Assembly (NCBI GenBank): GCA_020850475.1
Contig: JADZEO010000071.1
Coordinates: forward strand, 19,712-83,711
Source of the DNA: Bdellovibrionales bacterium
Lineage (GTDB): Bacteria > Bdellovibrionota > Bdellovibrionia > Bdellovibrionales > UBA1609
Length of the DNA stretch: 64,000 bases
Direction: 5' to 3'
Part shown: piece by piece, positions 45,006-54,628 of the stretch
Position numbering within the stretch: the first letter of the stretch is position 1
Layout of the letters: each line of letters starts with the position of its first letter
Notes under the pieces: generated by a model
Told to the model about the DNA's origin: nothing
Seen by the model: only the letters and a program-made list of their open reading frames with translations
The model's database searches: none
Position numbers and translations under genes: made by a program

Positions 45006-45755
45006 GTGAGACAACAAATCAAGGCGTGGATTGCAGCAACCACCGGTTTCTTTTTTGTCGGTATGACCGTGGGTGGAATGTATTACACCATTCAGCGCAA
45101 CTGGTTCAACGTGACGGCGATTGAAATCGACATGGATTCGACCAGTCAGCAGCCGGTCCTGTTTGAGAGAATTAAACAAGATATGGGAGTGCGCCTGCGG
45201 CCTTTTCTTGGGAAAAAAACCTGGAACTTGGAGCTCGGTGAAGTACTGACAGAAATCGAGCGAGATCGGCGAGTGAAGTCGGCCCACGTGACTCGTCGTT
45301 TTCCGAACAAACTCAGTGTGCGCATTTTGCCTCACGATCCCGTGCTCGTTCTCGCGGGCCCGCAAGGGCTGGTCTATCCGATTGCGAGTGACGCGAGTTT
45401 GTTACCGGCGGTCCCTCCACAAGAGGCACCGGATCTTCCTCTTCTGCGCGGCAAAGGTTTTTTAAAGAATGAAGACTGGCGCAAGAAGGTGGTGGAGTTA
45501 ATGAGTGAAATTCCGCGCGAAGGAGATGTCAGTTTGAGTTCAATTTCGGAGATGAATTACTCTCCCGATGCGGGACTGGTGTTGGTGTTGATGAAAAAAG
45601 GAATTCAAATTAGTGTGGGTGAAAAAGCAATTCGCCAGAAGCTGAAGCGAGTAGAAAAAGTGCTTCACTATCTCAACGAACATCAAATAGAGGGTCGCGT
45701 CATCGACGCGAAATTCTCCAAGAAAGTTGTTGTCAGGCTGCGTAACGCCCCTTAG
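45006..45755 (+). CDS. ftsQ: cell division protein FtsQ (POTRA)
   Basis: GTG start. One TM (TTGFFFVGMTVGGMYY), then a POTRA-like FNVTAIEIDMDS.... Lies directly upstream of ftsA. Confidence 0.8.
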   Translation: MRQQIKAWIAATTGFFFVGMTVGGMYYTIQRNWFNVTAIEIDMDSTSQQPVLFERIKQDMGVRLRPFLGKKTWNLELGEVLTEIERDRRVKSAHVTRRFPNKLSVRILPHDPVLVLAGPQGLVYPIASDASLLPAVPPQEAPDLPLLRGKGFLKNEDWRKKVVELMSEIPREGDVSLSSISEMNYSPDAGLVLVLMKKGIQISVGEKAIRQKLKRVEKVLHYLNEHQIEGRVIDAKFSKKVVVRLRNAP

Positions 45756-45798
45756 CCTTTAGGCAAGGGAACTTAAGTGATTGCAACATTGAGGAAAT

Positions 45799-47058
45799 AT
45801 GACAAAGGTAACCAAAAACAACCAAGTGGTTGCCGGGTTGGACATAGGCACGACTAAAGTCGCTTGTGTCATCGGCGTAAGAGCTCCCGAAGGTATCAAT
45901 ATTGTGGGTGTCGGTGTGGCACCCAACCAAGGCATGCGCCAGGGAACCGTTGTCAATATCGAGACGACCGTTGAAGCCATCAAGAAAGCCCGTGAAGAAG
46001 CAGAGTTGATGTCGGGATTTAGTCTCGAGTCGGTGTGGTTGGGCATTGGTGGAACACACATTGAGTCTTTTGATTCTTCGGGGATGGTGGCGATTTTCAA
46101 CAAAGAAGTCAGTGAAGAAGACATTCACCGGGTCATTGAGGCGGCCAAGGCCGTGGCCATCCCTACCGATCGTCAAGTTTTGCATGTGTTGCCACAAGAT
46201 TACAAAATTGATGGGCAAGAAGGTATTAGCGATCCCATTGGGATGTCGGGTGTGCGCCTAGAGACTTCGGTGCATATTATTACCGCCAATGCGGCGGCCG
46301 TGCAGAATGCCGTTAAGTGCACCGAGAAGGCCGGGCTGCAAGTGAAGGGGCTGGTGCTCCAGCAGTTGGCCTCGGCTTTGTCAGTGATCAGTGAAGACGA
46401 AAAGGATCTCGGCTGTTGCGTGGTCGACGTCGGCGGCGGCACTTGTGACATGATCACTTTTGCGCAAGGAAGTGTTGTCCATACGGCGGTAATTCCGGTC
46501 GGTGGTAATAACTTTACTCACGATGTGGCGATGGGACTGCGCACGACCCAAACCAGTGCCGAGTCACTTAAGAAAAAGTACGGCTGTGCCGTTGCGGAAA
46601 TGGTCACCACCGACGAATCGATCGAAGTTGAAGCGGTGGGTGGACGTAAACCGCGAACCATTCCCCGTCGAGAGTTGTGTGAGGTGCTTGAAGCCCGCGC
46701 AGAAGAAACTCTGCAGTTGATCCGGGGAGAAATCGCCGAAGCTGATTTGACGACCAAACTGGGCTCCGGAGTGATCCTGACCGGTGGCGGAAGTCTCTTG
46801 CCCGGAATGATGGAAATGGGTGACTTCGTTTTTGATGTTCCCGTTCGTCGCGGTGTACCCGATCGGGTCGGGGGCCTGACGGACGTCGTGCGATGTTCGA
46901 GCTTTGCGACGGCGGTTGGGCTCGTGCAGTTTGGTTTGGAGCAGGAGAAGCTTAAGAGTAAACACAAGCCGGTGGAGATTGCGCGTCCAGCAACGGACGA
47001 TCACGCGATTTCCCATTTTGCTAAGAAGATTAAAGATTATTTTTCCAGTGTCTTTTAG
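45799..47058 (+). CDS. ftsA: cell division protein FtsA
   Basis: [39 protein letters not shown]. Actin-like ATPase pattern. Confidence 0.93.
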   Translation: MTKVTKNNQVVAGLDIGTTKVACVIGVRAPEGINIVGVGVAPNQGMRQGTVVNIETTVEAIKKAREEAELMSGFSLESVWLGIGGTHIESFDSSGMVAIFNKEVSEEDIHRVIEAAKAVAIPTDRQVLHVLPQDYKIDGQEGISDPIGMSGVRLETSVHIITANAAAVQNAVKCTEKAGLQVKGLVLQQLASALSVISEDEKDLGCCVVDVGGGTCDMITFAQGSVVHTAVIPVGGNNFTHDVAMGLRTTQTSAESLKKKYGCAVAEMVTTDESIEVEAVGGRKPRTIPRRELCEVLEARAEETLQLIRGEIAEADLTTKLGSGVILTGGGSLLPGMMEMGDFVFDVPVRRGVPDRVGGLTDVVRCSSFATAVGLVQFGLEQEKLKSKHKPVEIARPATDDHAISHFAKKIKDYFSSVF

Positions 47059-47075
47059 GTTCTACGGGAGGGAAT

Positions 47076-48620
47076 ATGTTTGAGCTGGAGGAGAATACCA
47101 ACGTCGGCGCTTGCATCAAGGTAATTGGTGTTGGCGGAGGTGGCAACAACGCCGTCCAGACGATGATTCAAGGTGGATTGACAGGAGTAGAGTTTGTTGT
47201 CGCCAATACGGATCGGCAGGCACTGTCAGCCAACAAATCAGAACGCAAGATTAATTTGGGCTCCGAACTCACCAAGGGTTTGGGAGCGGGTGCCAATCCC
47301 GAAATCGGCAAGCGAGCTGCGATTGAGTCTTACAACGATATCGTTGAAGCACTCGACGGGGCCGACATGGTGTTTGTCACCGCCGGAATGGGTGGAGGTA
47401 CTGGGACTGGTGGTGCTCCCATCGTGGCGAAGATCGCCAAGGAATTGGGCGCCCTCACGATTGGCGTGGTGACTCGCCCCTTTTTCTTTGAAGGTAAAAA
47501 GCGCAAGCGCCATGCGGATCTTGGTATTCAAGAGCTGCGTGAAAGCGTCGACACCCTGATTGTGATTCCTAATCAAAAATTGCTGTCAGTATCGAGTGAA
47601 AAGACGCCGCTGCTTGAAACTTTCAAGAAAGCCGACCATGTGCTGTTGCAGGCCGTGAAAGGGATTTCCGACCTTATTAACATTCGCGGCTTGATCAATC
47701 TCGATTTCGCCGACATTCGTACGGTCATGGCCGCTAAAGGCATGGCCATCATGGGTTCGGGAGTGGCTGCCGGTGAAAACCGCGCTGTTGAAGCGGCGAC
47801 CGCAGCAATCTCTTCTCCGCTGCTGGAAAACATCGCCATCGACGGGGCCACTGGCATCATTATTAATGTGACGGGCGGACCAGATCTCACCTTGTGGGAA
47901 GTCAACGAAGCTTCGACTTTGATCACTGAGGCTGCACATGAAGACGCCGAGATCATTTTTGGGGCCGTCATTGACGAAAACATGGGTGATGAGGTGCGAG
48001 TTACAGTGATTGCGACCGGCTTTGGCAATGAAAACCAAACGCAGATCGTGTCGGATCAAATCAGTCGCTTACAGGCGATGGCCGAAGCCCAAATGAACAC
48101 GATGCAGGTGCGGAGTCAGCGCTTGATGGATCAGCATCAACAACATCAAGCTCAGTTCCAAAACCAACCGCAAAATCCTTATTACAATCAGCACCAACCT
48201 CAGTATGCGCAACCGATTCAGCCCCCGATGCCGCAGCCGCAAGCTCCGGCAATGCCAGAGCGACCGGTGATGCGCCAGCCGGCACCGCCGCCGATGGAAA
48301 AAATTGAGCCGCTGAGCCCGTTGCCGGAAATGCCGCCGGTGCCGAAGATGGAAAGTTCAATGGACAAGGCGAAACTTCCTCGCGATATCTTGTTAGCTAA
48401 GGCCAAAGCTTACCGCGATAGTCAGTCTCAGCAACCCACTCATTCGCCGGAACAGTTGTCGATGAATGTGGAAGAAGAGGTGGATCCTCTGGCTTCCGCT
48501 CGCCGTCTGGCTCGCGAAGTGGCTCGCTCGCCGTTTGATGTTGAAAACCTTGATGTGCCCTCGTATTTGCGTAAAAAGCAAGTGACGGACGATTCAACTG
48601 AGGGACAGCAGGACTATTAG
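47076..48620 (+). CDS. ftsZ: cell division GTPase FtsZ
   Basis: [14 protein letters not shown], tubulin signature [23 protein letters not shown]. Long Q/P-rich linker and a conserved C-terminal peptide [10 protein letters not shown]. Confidence 0.95.
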   Translation: MFELEENTNVGACIKVIGVGGGGNNAVQTMIQGGLTGVEFVVANTDRQALSANKSERKINLGSELTKGLGAGANPEIGKRAAIESYNDIVEALDGADMVFVTAGMGGGTGTGGAPIVAKIAKELGALTIGVVTRPFFFEGKKRKRHADLGIQELRESVDTLIVIPNQKLLSVSSEKTPLLETFKKADHVLLQAVKGISDLINIRGLINLDFADIRTVMAAKGMAIMGSGVAAGENRAVEAATAAISSPLLENIAIDGATGIIINVTGGPDLTLWEVNEASTLITEAAHEDAEIIFGAVIDENMGDEVRVTVIATGFGNENQTQIVSDQISRLQAMAEAQMNTMQVRSQRLMDQHQQHQAQFQNQPQNPYYNQHQPQYAQPIQPPMPQPQAPAMPERPVMRQPAPPPMEKIEPLSPLPEMPPVPKMESSMDKAKLPRDILLAKAKAYRDSQSQQPTHSPEQLSMNVEEEVDPLASARRLAREVARSPFDVENLDVPSYLRKKQVTDDSTEGQQDY

Positions 48621-48670
48621 GACGAGCAGCAACAGGCGGCCTTTGCTAAAGCCTGTTCCATTCTCTCAAT

Positions 48671-48706
48671 ACGTCCGGGGGCTGTGGCCCACCGGACGTT
48701 TTTTTT
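48671..48706 (+). terminator. strong rho-independent terminator after ftsZ
   Basis: acgtccgg(gggc-tgtg-gccc)a-ccggacgt followed by a T7-8 run. It ends 10 nt before the lpxH ATG and contains the GTG at 48684 used by the ORF track. Confidence 0.8.
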
Positions 48707-48716
48707 AGGGCTCGCG

Positions 48717-49502
48717 ATGGGAATACACGCCTACTTTGTTTCGGACCTGCATCTCTCTGCCGCTGACGAGGAGCGAACGCGCCTGTTCGTGCAATTCTTA
48801 AGTCGGTTGGGCACGGAATTGCCTTGCAGCGACTTATTCTTGTTAGGCGATATCTTTGATCTGTGGCTGGGTGATTACCGTTATTTTCAGGATCGCTACG
48901 CGTCCATCATTAGTGAAATTCAGCGACTCATCAAATTGGGAATTAAGGTGCGCTATTTTGAAGGCAATCATGATCTCTACTTAAAAAAGTTTTGGGGGGA
49001 TCAACTGGGTGTGGAAGTTCACTCCGGCCCGCTGAATCTTAGTCTTGGTCCGTGGCGTCTGCGCCTCGAGCACGGTGACCAGATGGACCCCCATGACCGT
49101 GGGTATATCTTCTTGCGATGGTTGTTAAGGACGGCGGTGATGAAAGTCGTTGCCAACACTTTGCCTGAGGCCGTTTTGGTAAATGTCGGCAAACACGCCA
49201 GCCAAAGTAGCCGCAAGTACACGAGCCAATTGAAGTCACAAGATCCCGCCACCGCACGAGCGAAAATGCAGACGCATGCCAAGCAAGTGCACGCGGACGA
49301 GCCCTTTGACCTTTTGATTGCAGGGCACTTGCATGTGCGCGAAGACCAAAGCATTCACGGTCCCACGGGTTCCTATCGCCTCGTTAATTTGGGGTGGTGG
49401 GTGGACCAGCCGGCGGCGTTTGTCTTGACGGAAACTGAGGGTCATTGGTTGCCGCTGCCTCAGGGCTCGGCAGTGGGCAAGAGAGGCGAGCGAGAAACAT
49501 GA
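48717..49502 (+). CDS. lpxH: UDP-2,3-diacylglucosamine diphosphatase LpxH
   Basis: Calcineurin-like metallophosphoesterase motifs: FVSDLHL, LLGDIFDLWLGD, EGNHD, LEHGD, IAGHLH. Confidence 0.85.
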   Translation: MGIHAYFVSDLHLSAADEERTRLFVQFLSRLGTELPCSDLFLLGDIFDLWLGDYRYFQDRYASIISEIQRLIKLGIKVRYFEGNHDLYLKKFWGDQLGVEVHSGPLNLSLGPWRLRLEHGDQMDPHDRGYIFLRWLLRTAVMKVVANTLPEAVLVNVGKHASQSSRKYTSQLKSQDPATARAKMQTHAKQVHADEPFDLLIAGHLHVREDQSIHGPTGSYRLVNLGWWVDQPAAFVLTETEGHWLPLPQGSAVGKRGERET

Positions 49503-51100
49503 ATCAAGCTGAAGTCGAAGGGTCGGGCGCCTCCTCGAGCTATGATTTTGTCATCGTCGGATCGGGCTTTGGCGGAAGTGTGTGCGCTCTTCGTTTAGCT
49601 GAAAAGGGCTATCGAGTCTTGGTCGTCGAAGAGGGGCGCGAGTTTCAAGACCATGAATATGCCAAAACCAATTGGGACTTGCGGCGCTTTCTTTGGCTTC
49701 CGAGGCTGGGTTGCCGGGGCATTCAGCGATTGCAATGGTTTCGTGGCTTATTGTTATTGGGTGGAGCCGGCGTCGGCGGCGGAAGTTTGGTCTATGCCAA
49801 CACCCTATTCAAGCCCCGTCCCCAGACTTTTCAACACCCCGACTGGAGCTCACAGGTAAATTGGGCGCGGGAACTCGAACCACACTATGAAACCGCCTCG
49901 CGAATGTTAGGACGAACAGCCAACCCCCAAATGCATCCGGCCGACGAGCAGCTGCGCAAAATCGGCGAAGCCATGGGGGTGGGCGAGTCATTTGAAGCCA
50001 CCCAAGTGGGAGTTTATTTTGGACCGACTGATGGGGAGCGTGATCCTTACTTTGGTGGTGAGGGTCCGCCACGCCGGGGTTGCACCTATTGCGGCGCCTG
50101 CATGGTGGGTTGTCGTGAAAACGCCAAAAACACTCTGGTAAAAAACTATCTTTTTTTTGCTCGCAAAAAGGGAGCCGAGGTCCGGCCGCTGACCGCAGCT
50201 CGAAAAATTGAGCCGCAAGCGGACGGGAGTTTTGTAGTTACGACTGAAGAATGGAGCGGTTGGCGGAAGCGCCAAGGCCCGCGCGTGCGAGCTCAACGAG
50301 TGATTTTGAGCGCGGGAGTGATGGGAACACTCAAAATCTTGTTTGAAAATCGGGATCGGTTTCAAACTCTGAGGCGGATTTCCTCGCGTGTGGGCCGGGA
50401 TGTTTTTATTAATGGCGAGTGCTTGCTGGGAGCTTCAAGTTTTCATCGTAAGGTTGATTATTCACGGGGAGTGGCGATCGGCGCCTCGATTTATTTGGAT
50501 GATCAAACCACCCTTGAGGCGGTTCGCTACTCGCCGGGCAGTAGCGCCTTAGGAGCTCTGGGTATTCCGCTCACTGGCAATGGAAGTTTGTGGGGGCGGC
50601 GGCTTAAGTTTTTGGGACGTATGCTGACTCAAGGTGGAAATTGGTTGCGCATTATTTTAACCCCAGGTTGGGCTGAGCGGAGTGTGATCTTGTTATTTAT
50701 GCGCGCCAGTGGCGAAAAATTGGATTTTACGGGATCGCAGTTGGGCCCTCTTTTTCGTCTGACTCGGGCGGGGAAAAATCGCGTAACCACGTATTATCCG
50801 CAAGCTCAGCAAGCGGCCCAAATCATGGCAAAAAATATGGAAGGCATGGCGCTCAACGTTTTACCTGAGGTGGTAGCCGCAACTCCTTCTACGGCGCACA
50901 TTCTGGGTGGCGCGCGCATTGGTCGCACGGCCGACGAGGGTGTCACGGCCACCAATCACGAGGTCTTTGGCTACCCGGGGCTCTTTGTGTGTGATGGCAG
51001 TGTGGTGCCGGGCAATTTGGGAGTGAATCCAAGCCTCACCATCACGGCGATGGCCGAGCGGTTTGCCGAGCAATTTCCCTCTCGGGTGTCAGCCAAATAA
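49499..51100 (+). CDS. GMC-family FAD-dependent oxidoreductase (cholesterol-oxidase-like)
   Basis: YDFVIVGSGFGGSVCALRLAEKGYRVLVVEEG Rossmann motif. C-terminal GLFVCDGSVVPGNLGVNPSLTI. ATGA overlap with lpxH. Confidence 0.85.
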   Translation: MNQAEVEGSGASSSYDFVIVGSGFGGSVCALRLAEKGYRVLVVEEGREFQDHEYAKTNWDLRRFLWLPRLGCRGIQRLQWFRGLLLLGGAGVGGGSLVYANTLFKPRPQTFQHPDWSSQVNWARELEPHYETASRMLGRTANPQMHPADEQLRKIGEAMGVGESFEATQVGVYFGPTDGERDPYFGGEGPPRRGCTYCGACMVGCRENAKNTLVKNYLFFARKKGAEVRPLTAARKIEPQADGSFVVTTEEWSGWRKRQGPRVRAQRVILSAGVMGTLKILFENRDRFQTLRRISSRVGRDVFINGECLLGASSFHRKVDYSRGVAIGASIYLDDQTTLEAVRYSPGSSALGALGIPLTGNGSLWGRRLKFLGRMLTQGGNWLRIILTPGWAERSVILLFMRASGEKLDFTGSQLGPLFRLTRAGKNRVTTYYPQAQQAAQIMAKNMEGMALNVLPEVVAATPSTAHILGGARIGRTADEGVTATNHEVFGYPGLFVCDGSVVPGNLGVNPSLTITAMAERFAEQFPSRVSAK

Positions 51101-51315
51101 CAGCAAAAAATCACTTAGAAGAAATCAAAATTAGTTTGAGGTTTTAGCAACTTGCGGAGAGTGGGCGGACAATTTTCGCCTAATCTGTTTTCACCCCCTA
51201 AACGGCTGTCTACTTTTGGGTCAAATGCCGCAGATCATTGAAAGATCAACGAAAGTTAGAGAATTCTCATTTTGAGTCACCAAACTTTTTACACCAGCTC
51301 TGGCGCGGTGTTTCT

Positions 51316-51529
51316 GGCGAGGGGATTTTTTCGGTCGCGAGGTTGGTACAAGTTTTGGATTAGTAATCAAGCAAGACTGTCAACGCAATGTTACTTTCAA
51401 TCTGAGCTTACCACGCCCCTGGTAACTCAGATCCGGCGAACCCGAAATCCCCATTTCGAGTCGCCGTCAATGCCCCAGACTATTTCCCCTTGTGAAGCCT
51501 CTCTCTGCCCCGAGAGAGGCTGTTTTTTT
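51316..51529 (+). ncRNA. candidate structured RNA or leader (unclassified) ending in an intrinsic terminator
   Basis: Long-range pairing: ggcga 51316..51320 with tcgcc 51461..51465; ggggattt 51321..51328 with aaatcccc 51445..51452; cgg 51332..51334 with ccg 51442..51444. An internal 11-bp bulged hairpin lies at 51402..51430 and a terminator at 51496..51529. I could not match it to any known RNA family or find a promoter. Confidence 0.3.
51496..51529 (+). terminator. rho-independent terminator (10-bp stem, 6-nt loop, T7)
   Basis: agcctctctc-tgcccc-gagagaggct followed by gttttttt. Located 54 nt upstream of the LRR gene ATG and about 400 nt downstream of the GMC gene stop. Confidence 0.8.
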
Positions 51530-51582
51530 GTGGGCTGCCCGCGATTGTTGACGGAGACCGCGAGCCTTGTTACTGAAATCTC

Positions 51583-52884
51583 ATGAAGTGCATCTTTTCA
51601 GTTGGCAGCATCATTCTTACTTTGATCCTAGCTGCCCAAACCAGTATGGCCGGGATTGAAGTGGGCAACGGTGGCGACACCCTGATGTGCCGGCCCGCGG
51701 ACAGCCAACGGGCCGAATCTTGGTACAATCTTGATTATTACCTCACCACGGCAATTAATCATAATGAACACGAAGTTCGTGAGGTCACCGACTGGAACGA
51801 TTCGTTGCGGAAAGTCCAGCGAGTTCTCGCCGTCAATTCACCGTATCTCGGTTACCTGTTTGACGAGTTTCTTTTTTACTTGGGAAATTCCTCCGATTAT
51901 TCAAAGGCGATGATTTGGGAGCCGGCTCCTCGAGGCTTAGTGGTGATTCATGATGAAGACATCGCCAACCTGATTCCGAAGGAGTGCACTAAGCTGGTCG
52001 ACGGAAAGCCGAACATTTATCAGACTGTTGTTCGCCAAGAGAACCCGGGAATTCTCATTTTTGCTTTCGACCCTCATCTGGTCGACCAGCTCAAACGAAA
52101 CTTTCCGGTCCAATATTCCTTTTTGATTGTTCACGAGTGGCTGTGGAGTTTTAGTAAACGAACCGACACTCTCCGACGGGTCAACCGCTTCCTTCACTCC
52201 ACTTCCACCGACCGGCTTACGCCAGAGCAATTTAACGGTGTTTTGTCTAATTTTGGCATCACTGCCAACGTGAAGCTGGAAGATGTTTGCCAAAAGCATC
52301 TCCTGATCCGGCGGGCTTTCCAAAATGAGATTGGCAAGAATTGCCAGGATATTCTCCCCGATGACTTTCGCCGCCTCGATGAGATTGTGATTGAGAATGA
52401 GGTGCTTCACGCCATCCGCCCGAATGACTTCTTTGGCACTCGATCACTCCGCCGCCTCAAAATTACCAACTCACAGGTGGAGTGGATTGATCCGTTCGCC
52501 TTCAGCGGAATGGTCAACTTGGATTTGGTTGATCTTTCAAACAATCGTCTCCGGGAGATTGAGCTTGGGGTGTACTCCATGCGCCCGGCGTACGTTGATC
52601 TGTCAAATAACCAACTGACCAAAGTCGGACACCTCAATCGGTTTCACTTTAAGGGCGCTAATTTTTCTAACAACCAATTGACGGAAATCGACCCATTTTG
52701 GTTTCAGGGCATTGCCCCTCATGCGGTCATGGACTTTTCTCGTAACCAGATTGTTAAGGTTCTCAAACCACGGATGCGGGTAACGGATTTTCCGTTTCGC
52801 TTAATCCTCACCGGGAACCCTCTTCCCGCGGAGGAGCTGGCCAAGCTCAAGCAGGCGCTTCCGACCGCCCAAATCGAATTGTAA
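51583..52884 (+). CDS. secreted protein with unknown N-terminal domain and C-terminal leucine-rich repeats
   Basis: Signal peptide MKCIFSVGSIILTLILAAQTSMA. At least five ~23-aa LRR units (LRRLKITNSQVEWIDPFAFSGMVNLDLVDLSNNRLREIELGVYSMRPAYVDLSNNQLTKVGHLNRFHFKGANFSNNQLTEIDPFWF...DFSRNQIVKV). Confidence 0.7.
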   Translation: MKCIFSVGSIILTLILAAQTSMAGIEVGNGGDTLMCRPADSQRAESWYNLDYYLTTAINHNEHEVREVTDWNDSLRKVQRVLAVNSPYLGYLFDEFLFYLGNSSDYSKAMIWEPAPRGLVVIHDEDIANLIPKECTKLVDGKPNIYQTVVRQENPGILIFAFDPHLVDQLKRNFPVQYSFLIVHEWLWSFSKRTDTLRRVNRFLHSTSTDRLTPEQFNGVLSNFGITANVKLEDVCQKHLLIRRAFQNEIGKNCQDILPDDFRRLDEIVIENEVLHAIRPNDFFGTRSLRRLKITNSQVEWIDPFAFSGMVNLDLVDLSNNRLREIELGVYSMRPAYVDLSNNQLTKVGHLNRFHFKGANFSNNQLTEIDPFWFQGIAPHAVMDFSRNQIVKVLKPRMRVTDFPFRLILTGNPLPAEELAKLKQALPTAQIEL

Positions 52885-52891
52885 ATTCGTT

Positions 52892-54589
52892 TTAGCGAAC
52901 CGCCAGCAATTGTTTGGCGTGATCTCGACTGGTCTTGGTGACCTTTTCTCCCGAGAGCAAGCGGGCGATTTCGTTGACCCGCTCATCGCTTTTAGTGAGG
53001 GCCTGAACCTCCATAAAAGTCCGCTGGCCCTTAGAAATCTTGTGAATGTAAAAGTGATGATCGGCAAAGGCTGCAACTTGGGGGAGGTGAGTGATGCAGA
53101 TGACCTGTTGGCCCTTGGCGATGGATTTAAGTTTGCGCCCCACCATCTCCGCTGTCATGCCCGACACACCGGCGTCGACTTCGTCGAATAAAAAGGTCCG
53201 CGGCAACTCCGATGCCCCAATCGTGCGTTTGAGAGCGAGAAGAATGCGGCTGAGCTCGCCACCGCTGGCGAATTTAGCAAGCGGCCGAGGCTGGTCTTTC
53301 TTCCCACTTTGGGTCGTGAACTCAATGTCAGTCATTCCGGTCGGACCGACTTCGGCGAGGGTTTTGATCTCGACACTAAAAACCACATCCTTCATATTCA
53401 GATCACCGAGCTCTTCGTTGACTCGTTTAGCGAGGGTTTGGCAGGCCTTCTTGCGTTGCTCATGAAGAGATTGTGCCAAGCCCTTAAGCGACAGAGTCAG
53501 CTCTGACTCTTCTTTGTCGAGTGACGCCAAGGCCTCGTCGGAGTTTTCGAGTTGGTCGATCTCGAGGTTGATTTTGGCGAGCATCTCTAAGATTGCGGCA
53601 ACACTACTGCCATATTTTTTTTGCAGAGAGCGCAGCTGGCTCATGCGGGTTTCAAGCCCATTGAGTTCCTCAGGGTCGATATCGAGCGACCGCCCATACT
53701 CGCGCAGCTCATAAACCACTTCTTCGATGAGTGTCTTCGCCGTTTGTAAAGGCTCGGTCATTTTCACCAAGGTCGGGTCGCAGTCGGACAACTCTTGCGC
53801 TTTCTGCAGTAGGCGATGGATGCGGACCAACACCGACTCATCGTCGCCATACAAAGCCTCTTCACTTTGGTTGGCAAAAGTGACAAGCTTCGAGGAGTTT
53901 TTAGCTCGTTGAAAACGAGCCTGCAGCTCTTCTTCTTCGCCTGCCTTGAGGTCAAGCTTCGTGATTTCGTCTCGTTGATAGCGGAGAAAATCCAAGCGTT
54001 GCTCGCGTTGGAGTCGACTCTCTTCAAGTTGTTGGCGACGTTTTTTGAGGAGTCGCAACTCTTCGTAGACTTGCTGAACTTTAAGGCGCAAATCCCAGCA
54101 CCCGGCCAAACGGTCCACCATGTCCAAGTGATAGGCCTTTGATTGCAAATTGCGATTGTCATGTTGGCCAGTCATCTCAATGAGGGGTGCTGAGTGATGA
54201 CCAGTCACCTCAATTAACGGGCAGACGACTTCCTTAAGCGTATTGAGAGAGGTCAAAGTGCCATTGAGATAAATGCGGCTTTTGCCTTGCGCGGACAGCA
54301 ACCGACGAACCACCAAGTGCTCCTCGGGAGTATCAATACCCATCTCATGGAGGTGTTGAAGCAAATCAGGTCGCTGGGAAAGATCAAAGGCACCTTCAAT
54401 TGTGGCGGTTTCAGCGCCCGTGCGGACCACTCCAGGTTGGGCTTTGTCACCAATGAGCAAGGCCAAACTTTTTAGAAGCACAGATTTACCGGCACCAGTT
54501 TCGCCGCTCAAAATATTGAGCCCCTCTTGAAACTGCAGACTTACAGTGTCGATAATGGCGAAGTTAGAAACGTTCAACTCAATGAGCAT
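52892..54589 (-). CDS. recN: DNA repair protein RecN
   Basis: MLIELNVSNFAIID..., Walker A GETGAGKS, long coiled coil, C-terminal ASGGELSRILLALK and LFDEVDAGVSG. Confidence 0.93.
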   Translation of the reverse strand: MLIELNVSNFAIIDTVSLQFQEGLNILSGETGAGKSVLLKSLALLIGDKAQPGVVRTGAETATIEGAFDLSQRPDLLQHLHEMGIDTPEEHLVVRRLLSAQGKSRIYLNGTLTSLNTLKEVVCPLIEVTGHHSAPLIEMTGQHDNRNLQSKAYHLDMVDRLAGCWDLRLKVQQVYEELRLLKKRRQQLEESRLQREQRLDFLRYQRDEITKLDLKAGEEEELQARFQRAKNSSKLVTFANQSEEALYGDDESVLVRIHRLLQKAQELSDCDPTLVKMTEPLQTAKTLIEEVVYELREYGRSLDIDPEELNGLETRMSQLRSLQKKYGSSVAAILEMLAKINLEIDQLENSDEALASLDKEESELTLSLKGLAQSLHEQRKKACQTLAKRVNEELGDLNMKDVVFSVEIKTLAEVGPTGMTDIEFTTQSGKKDQPRPLAKFASGGELSRILLALKRTIGASELPRTFLFDEVDAGVSGMTAEMVGRKLKSIAKGQQVICITHLPQVAAFADHHFYIHKISKGQRTFMEVQALTKSDERVNEIARLLSGEKVTKTSRDHAKQLLAVR

Positions 54590-54628
54590 GAGTCATCCCC
54601 CTCGTAGGCACCGCAAAGGCGCAAGTGA

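Noticed and set aside
48060-48400. Long Q/P-rich segment in FtsZ
   Set aside because: This is the expected intrinsically disordered C-terminal linker between the GTPase core and the conserved C-terminal peptide. Its length and composition vary widely among bacteria.
51272-51586. 104-aa ORF (TTG start) filling the GMC-LRR gap, ending in an ATGA overlap with the LRR gene
   Set aside because: The composition is not protein-like (rich in S, T, R, F and C with no pattern). It starts at a TTG with no RBS, and a strong intrinsic terminator hairpin plus T7 run lies inside it. I treat the region as non-coding RNA or leader instead. The ATGA overlap is probably coincidental.
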